Assembly: GCF_001017655.1 (NCBI RefSeq)
Contig: NZ_CP010904.1
Location: forward strand, 2,610,001-2,642,000
Source of the DNA: Kiritimatiella glycovorans
Lineage (GTDB): Bacteria > Verrucomicrobiota > Kiritimatiellia > Kiritimatiellales > Kiritimatiellaceae
DNA length: 32,000 nucleotides
Direction: 5' to 3'
The notes beneath the pieces were generated by a model, which saw only the letters and a list, made by a program, of their open reading frames with translations, was not told the DNA's origin and ran no database searches. How positions within the stretch are numbered: position 1 is the stretch's first letter; the number at the start of each line of letters is the position of its first letter. This document shows, piece after piece, positions 27,027-32,000 of the stretch. The position numbers were made by a program, and so were the translations under genes.

Positions 27027-28462
27027 GAGGCACCTCCTTCGGCATGCGCCGATGCATCCGTATTCCGGCGGCTGATCTGGTTGAGCGCCGAGACGGCCAC
27101 TTTCTCCATGCGGTCCACGATGCCTTTGGCCTTGCGGGCCAGAAACGCGTGCAGCAGCAGCGAGGGGATGGCGATGATCAGGCCGAACTCGGTCGTGATC
27201 AGCGCCTCGGAAATCCCGCCGGAAAGCATCTTCACGTCGCCGGATCCGAACACGGTGATGAGCTTGAAGGTATTGATGATTCCGGTCACCGTGCCGAGCA
27301 GCCCGAGCAGCGGGGCGCAGGCTGCGGTCACGGCTATGAACGGAAGTGCGCGATGCAGCTTGAGCCGGGCCTGAAGCACCTTCTCGAACATGACTTCCTC
27401 GATCAGTTCCTTCGACTCGTTCAGGTGATCCACGCCGGCCGCGAGCATTTCGCTCACGGGGCCCCTGATTTTGGCGAGCTGCCCCTTGGCCTGGGCGACG
27501 TCGCGGCGTCCGAGCGCGCGCAGCAGCGGCTCGATTTTCCGGTCGTCGGGCACGGGCACGCGTGCGAGCTGCACCCATTTGACCAGTGCGACCAGCAGGG
27601 CCGCCGCGGCCAGGCCGAGGATCGGAAACATGACCACGCCGCCCTTGCGGATGTGTTCCCAGACCGTCTGTCTGGTCTGTTCGATCTTGTGGGCGTTCCC
27701 CTGCGTCGGGTCGAAGGGCATGTGTCCGTTGCCGCTCTCGACCAGCGTTCTCGCCATCTCCACCATGGCGGGATCTTCAAACCCGAGCACCGTGGGCTGC
27801 ATCGATCCGAGCCGCTGCTCGGCCAGGCCGGCGAGGTCGCTTTCATCCGCGCTGAAGTAGGCTGCGGGCCCGACCTGGGCGAACGTCCCTTCGACGACCA
27901 GGCCGCCGTCGCCGGCCGCGGTGCCGGGATAGCGCGTACCGCCGAGCATGGACTCCAGCCGCGCGACGGAGGAGGTCACCAGCTCGAGCTGATCGGCGAA
28001 CTGCTCGCCGGGCGAGAGGTTGCTGTTTTCCGGCGCGAGCCGGGCATCCTCGAGCACGTCCTCGTAGCGCTGAAGTTCGGCGATATGAAGCTGCGTCTCG
28101 TAATTCCGCGCGTACTCGCCGAGGAGGTTGGCGAGGTAGTTTTTCTCGTCGCGCCTCGCTTTGAGTTCCTCGCGGAGATTGTTGAGGTCGAGATTGCGCG
28201 TGTCGAGCGTGCGGCGCACGTCCTCGTACTCCGCCCGGACGGCGCGCAGGTTCTCCTCCAGCCCGCTCAACTCCCTGCTCAGCGGGATTTTCTGATCCAT
28301 GATCTCTTTGCGGAGCTGCGCGAGTTCGCGCTGGCTCTGTTCCAGCTTCGCGGTCGCCGCCTCCGCGGGCCCCTGTTCCGCCGCGACGGCCGGCCGCGCC
28401 GCGAACAGCAGCGCCGCCGCGCCCAGTCCGATTCCCGTGCGGATCATCCTGCTCCTATTCAT
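27023..28462 (-). CDS. Large MotA/TolQ/ExbB-family protein with a long periplasmic coiled-coil N-domain (TtpC-like)
   Basis: It has a signal/TM segment and ~230 aa of coiled coil (KLEQSQRELAQLRKEIMDQK..., DLNNLREELKARRDEKNYL). A MotA/ExbB channel follows (APLLGLLGTVTGIINTF...GGISEALITTEFGLIIAIPSLLLHAF). This matches the TtpC class of TonB2 systems. Confidence 0.85.
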   Translation of the reverse strand: MNRSRMIRTGIGLGAAALLFAARPAVAAEQGPAEAATAKLEQSQRELAQLRKEIMDQKIPLSRELSGLEENLRAVRAEYEDVRRTLDTRNLDLNNLREELKARRDEKNYLANLLGEYARNYETQLHIAELQRYEDVLEDARLAPENSNLSPGEQFADQLELVTSSVARLESMLGGTRYPGTAAGDGGLVVEGTFAQVGPAAYFSADESDLAGLAEQRLGSMQPTVLGFEDPAMVEMARTLVESGNGHMPFDPTQGNAHKIEQTRQTVWEHIRKGGVVMFPILGLAAAALLVALVKWVQLARVPVPDDRKIEPLLRALGRRDVAQAKGQLAKIRGPVSEMLAAGVDHLNESKELIEEVMFEKVLQARLKLHRALPFIAVTAACAPLLGLLGTVTGIINTFKLITVFGSGDVKMLSGGISEALITTEFGLIIAIPSLLLHAFLARKAKGIVDRMEKVAVSALNQISRRNTDASAHAEGGAS

Positions 28463-29241
28463 TTTGCTTCTCCTCCGCTGATATGCACCGGAAGCGGCTT
28501 GTAGACCGCCGGCTTCTCATTGCGATAGATCGCGATGGCCTCCTTCACCTCGGGCCCGAGCCCGCCGACCGGCTCCCAGGTCCAGCCTTCGGAACCGGGG
28601 CGGCCGACGCCGCCGCGCGTACCGTCGAGGTTGGCGTACCAGGCCTGCCCGAGGCCGACGTACATCGTTTCCACTTCGGCCTGTTCGCCGTCGGGAAGCG
28701 GACGCACCTCGCTGGCGATGACGATCCGGCGGTTGAACTTGTTCACCTCGTTCAGCAGACCGACGACGTTCTGATAGCGCTGCGACAGCGAGAGACTGGT
28801 ATCGCCGGGGTTGTCCGGGATCTTACGGCTGAGGGGCTTGACGGTATCCCGCAGGGGCTGGGGCAGCCGGACGACGAGTTCGCGCACTCGCGCCTCGAGC
28901 GGACCGATGCGGCCGCGCACGGTCTCCGTGGCCTGCTTCAGCGTCTCGTTTTCGTCCTGCAGTTCGCGGCGTTTCTCGTCGGCATGACCGATGTTCGAGC
29001 GCGCTTCCCCGATCTTCTTCCGCAGGCTCTCGATTTCCTCCTGCACGAGTTCGATGCGCTCATGGAGCATCTGCTCGGCCTCGCGCCATGCCTGCTTCTC
29101 CTCCGAGATCAGGCGCTGCGTCTCGACGTACTGATCGAGCGCCTGTCGGGCCGTGGCCATGTCAGGGTCCGGCCCGGCGTACAGCGGCATGGCCAGGGCC
29201 GCCGCGGCCACGAGCGGCGTTATCCGGGATCGAAGTGTCAT
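28459..29241 (-). CDS. DUF3450-type periplasmic coiled-coil protein (TtpB-like)
   Basis: Signal peptide, then coiled coil (EEKQAWREAEQMLHERIELVQEEIESLRKKIGEA...). The C-terminal part is LSLSQRYQNVVGLLNEVNKFNRRIVIASEV...MYVGLGQAWY. ATGA overlap with the TtpC-like gene. The DUF number is from memory. Confidence 0.7.
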   Translation of the reverse strand: MTLRSRITPLVAAAALAMPLYAGPDPDMATARQALDQYVETQRLISEEKQAWREAEQMLHERIELVQEEIESLRKKIGEARSNIGHADEKRRELQDENETLKQATETVRGRIGPLEARVRELVVRLPQPLRDTVKPLSRKIPDNPGDTSLSLSQRYQNVVGLLNEVNKFNRRIVIASEVRPLPDGEQAEVETMYVGLGQAWYANLDGTRGGVGRPGSEGWTWEPVGGLGPEVKEAIAIYRNEKPAVYKPLPVHISGGEAK

Positions 29242-29292
29242 AGCTGTGTCCTCCCTGTTTCGTTCATCCTGTCTTTCAAGTTTCTCTCCCGC

Positions 29293-32000
29293 TCACCATT
29301 TCCGGCTCAGACTCAGCGAATACGTCACGCCTTCCCTGTACGAAGTCGCTACCGCATCCTCCGGAATGTAATCCGAACGCCACACTTCGCGGATCGTCGG
29401 GTTCAGAATGTTTTCCGCCTTCAGCGAGAGCTTCCAGTGCTCCCGGAATTTCTGGCTGAAGCTGATGTTCATGCTGTTGTGCGGAAGCTGTACGAGGCTG
29501 GCAATGTAGTCGGCGCCGTTCGCATCGTCGCCGGCGATGAGCGTATCTCCCTTGCGGTTCCAGAAGATCCCCGCCGACGTGCCCGTGTGCCGGTTCTCGA
29601 ACAGGAAGTAGGCGTTGAAGATATATTCCGGCTGGTTCTTCATCGGGCGCTCGTCGATCTCGTACTTGCCGGGATCCTTGCCGCGCAGCTCCAGCAATTC
29701 GGTGACCTTGCGCACGTCGCGGTCGGGGACCGCGACGGTGGCGTCGAGAAAAGTCGCGTTCCCGCCAATCGAGAACCCTTCCAGCCACTCGAACCACCGG
29801 CCGAGGTTCTGGCGGATCTCGAATTCCACACCGAGCACTTCGCCTTCGTCGAAGTTGAAGGGGATGATATACGGCGTGCTGCCCTGTGCGGGGCGCTGGG
29901 CGTAGTCGATCGGATCCTGGATGTCCTTGTAGAAGCCGCTTACCGACAGCACCTGCCCGTCGGAGGGAAGCCACTCGAGCCGCAGGTCGTAGTTCTCGAG
30001 CTGGCTGATCTCAAGTCCGGGGTTCCCCGCAAACTGCTGCCCGTTGAGGCTTTCCTGCTGCGAGACGGGAGTGATCTCCTTGAAGGTCGGCCGGCCGATC
30101 GTCCGGCTCCAGGTCCCCCGCAGTTTGACGTCGTGAAAAGGGCCGAGGATGAACCCGAGCGAGGGCAGAATATCCAGCTGCTCGATGTCCGCGTTCGCCA
30201 GTTCATCGAGCGTGGTGTTCATGGAATCGGGAGAAACGAAGTCCGGGGTTTCCGGATCCAGCCGCACGTTGAGCACGGTGGCCTGCTGATCGTTGCCGTC
30301 CGCGGCGTGCACCTCCGTGTGCAGTTCGGTGTGTTCCCAGCGCGCGCCGCCGATCACCTTGAGCCACGGGGTGACGGGCATTTCGCCCATCAGGTACTTT
30401 GCGTGAACGTCCATGGTTCCCGTGTAGTCCACGTCATCCGAGAACTCTTTGATCATCCAGTTGACTTCGTTGGTCATGGAGTCGTAGCCGAAGAAACGGG
30501 AGTATTCCCGTCCCTCCCCGTACGGCGGGGGATATCCCAGCCGTATGTCCTCAAGGAAGACATCGCTCCAGAGATCGTCGAACGTGGCGTTGGTATACAC
30601 GGCATACGGGGTGCGAGCACCCATAATACTGGGTGCCGTGTAGTAAAAGGAGTCCTGCGTATAGCTCCGGTCGACGTCGTTCCAGGCGAGACCGGTCTTG
30701 AATTCCCCTTCACGCTCCGGTCCGAGCCGGAACGGCCATCTCAGGTTCAGGTCGGCGTAGCGGTTTTCCTCAATGATCTTTCTCCAGGCGCGCTCGGCAA
30801 AGTTCTTGGGCTTGCGCGGCCCGCCCCACTGACCGGTGCTCGGGTTATAGGCGGCGAGGAAAAAGCGGCGGTCGGGCTCGTTCTGCTCCGAAGCATTGTC
30901 CGCCAGCGACCAGTCGATCACGGGTTCCATCCATTCGACTCCGAGGAAGGAACCCTGAGGCATAAACGTGAGCGGGTTTTCGCCGCGGAGCTGAAGCGAG
31001 TCCATGCTGCGCTCGCGATAGATCAGCGACTGGTTGTGCCAGTAGAGGTTCTCATTGGTTTCATCATCCCAGCGGACACTCGCGGTATCTTCGGCGTGCT
31101 GGGTCCGCAGGTACGAGAGCGTGAGTTCATGCTCGTCTTTCTCGAACCCGACCATGCCTCCGACCCCCCACCGCACGGTCTCGGTGCCCTCCTGCATTTT
31201 CCATTGGTCCGGATCGGGGCTCTCATTGCCCTCTCCCGATTCGACGGGGATCTCGAATCCGGTGAATCCGCCGTTCGAGACCTTAAATTTGTCCTGCCCG
31301 TCATCGAAGTAGGAAAAGCTGTTCTTGTAATTCATCGTACCCAGCCAGCCGAACGAAGCCCCGGAATCCAGGTCCAGGCGGTCGCCATACGTGAATTCCC
31401 AGCTGTGGTCCACGGGCGCCGTGTCGCGGGAGGTTCCGATCGTATCGTTAAAACTGCGCACCTGGGCGTCGCTGTGTCTGAACCGCTCCTCTTCCGCCGG
31501 GGTCGGGTCGGGATTGTCGAAGTTGGGATGACCGCCGCGGGGCTTGGAGATGAGCGGCAGCACCTCGCCGGATTCGAGCGTCTTTTCACGATTGCCCTCG
31601 TCGACCCCCCAGTAATCCACGCCCCCGTTCCTGTAGGTGAGGAAGTCGTCGTTCCCGGTAGCCTGGCTGTTATAGGCCGTTCCCGCCTTGACCTCGAAAA
31701 TCTCCCCGTCGGGAATCGAGCGCGTGACGATGTCGACCATTCCACCCGAGGTGTTGGCCGGGAGGTCGGGCGTGAAGGTCTTGTGGACCTGGACGCTGTC
31801 GAGCATCGCGCTGGGAAAAAGATCGAGCTGCACCGCGCGGACATCCGGGTCGGCGGTGGGCATGGCGACGCCGTTGAGGCGGGTATTGACGAACCGGTCG
31901 GAGAGTCCGCGGATCACGGCGTACTTGCCGTCCTGTACCGAGGCGCCGGAGACCAGTTTGACGGCCTCGGCGGCCGAGCCCGCACCCGCCTTGCTCATCA
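29293..32000 (-). CDS. TonB-dependent outer-membrane receptor (5' end beyond the right edge)
   Basis: Plug-domain text: AVKLVSGASVQDGKYAVIRGLSDRFVNTRLNGVAMPTADPD...LDSVQVHKTFTPDLPANTSGGMVDIVTRS. A long beta-barrel follows, ending in the aromatic C-terminus ...TYSLSLSRKW. The signal peptide and TonB box are absent, so the gene continues past 32000. Confidence 0.9.
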   Translation of the reverse strand, partial: MSKAGAGSAAEAVKLVSGASVQDGKYAVIRGLSDRFVNTRLNGVAMPTADPDVRAVQLDLFPSAMLDSVQVHKTFTPDLPANTSGGMVDIVTRSIPDGEIFEVKAGTAYNSQATGNDDFLTYRNGGVDYWGVDEGNREKTLESGEVLPLISKPRGGHPNFDNPDPTPAEEERFRHSDAQVRSFNDTIGTSRDTAPVDHSWEFTYGDRLDLDSGASFGWLGTMNYKNSFSYFDDGQDKFKVSNGGFTGFEIPVESGEGNESPDPDQWKMQEGTETVRWGVGGMVGFEKDEHELTLSYLRTQHAEDTASVRWDDETNENLYWHNQSLIYRERSMDSLQLRGENPLTFMPQGSFLGVEWMEPVIDWSLADNASEQNEPDRRFFLAAYNPSTGQWGGPRKPKNFAERAWRKIIEENRYADLNLRWPFRLGPEREGEFKTGLAWNDVDRSYTQDSFYYTAPSIMGARTPYAVYTNATFDDLWSDVFLEDIRLGYPPPYGEGREYSRFFGYDSMTNEVNWMIKEFSDDVDYTGTMDVHAKYLMGEMPVTPWLKVIGGARWEHTELHTEVHAADGNDQQATVLNVRLDPETPDFVSPDSMNTTLDELANADIEQLDILPSLGFILGPFHDVKLRGTWSRTIGRPTFKEITPVSQQESLNGQQFAGNPGLEISQLENYDLRLEWLPSDGQVLSVSGFYKDIQDPIDYAQRPAQGSTPYIIPFNFDEGEVLGVEFEIRQNLGRWFEWLEGFSIGGNATFLDATVAVPDRDVRKVTELLELRGKDPGKYEIDERPMKNQPEYIFNAYFLFENRHTGTSAGIFWNRKGDTLIAGDDANGADYIASLVQLPHNSMNISFSQKFREHWKLSLKAENILNPTIREVWRSDYIPEDAVATSYREGVTYSLSLSRKW

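Overview
High-G+C bacterial chromosomal window, almost fully coding, with most genes on the minus strand. Gene content and architecture suggest a PVC-superphylum organism (Verrucomicrobiota/Kiritimatiellota-like); this is inference only. No rRNA, tRNA or CRISPR array was seen. Left to right:

- **1-1010:** the 5' end of a transposase gene running off the left edge. It is followed by about 770 bp of non-coding DNA with nested long inverted repeats, then two tandem hairpin repeats.
- **1011-3440:** a SahR-like regulator (ArsR HTH fused to a SAM-methyltransferase-like domain) overlapping ahcY. A perfect 9-6-9 palindrome sits on the regulator's start codon.
- **3660-8389:** housekeeping genes: a rubredoxin-like protein, NIF3 family protein, leuS and a HIT hydrolase.
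- **8587-10887:** an accessory patch. It holds an intact IS30-family element flanked by a 15-bp direct repeat, and a lower-G+C islet with a DUF2335-type gene interrupted by an in-frame TAG.
- **10888-17913:** a five-gene type IV pilus-like operon in pilM/N-O-P-Q order. It resembles the Akkermansia Amuc_1102-to-Amuc_1098 locus and has a candidate sigma70 promoter and a strong intrinsic terminator. No pilin, ATPase or platform gene is in the window.
- **17938-22542:** a translationally coupled string, prfB (no programmed frameshift), trpC, a bioF-bioH fusion, and bioC.
- **22543-22995:** a repeat-dense 450-bp intergenic region.
- **22996-32000:** a TonB2/Ttp-type energy-transduction locus. In transcription order it reads TonB-dependent receptor, DUF3450, large TtpC-like MotA/ExbB protein, ExbB, an extra uncharacterised gene, ExbD, TonB, TPR protein.

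Many long ORFs in the track are antisense shadows typical of high-G+C DNA and are not called.
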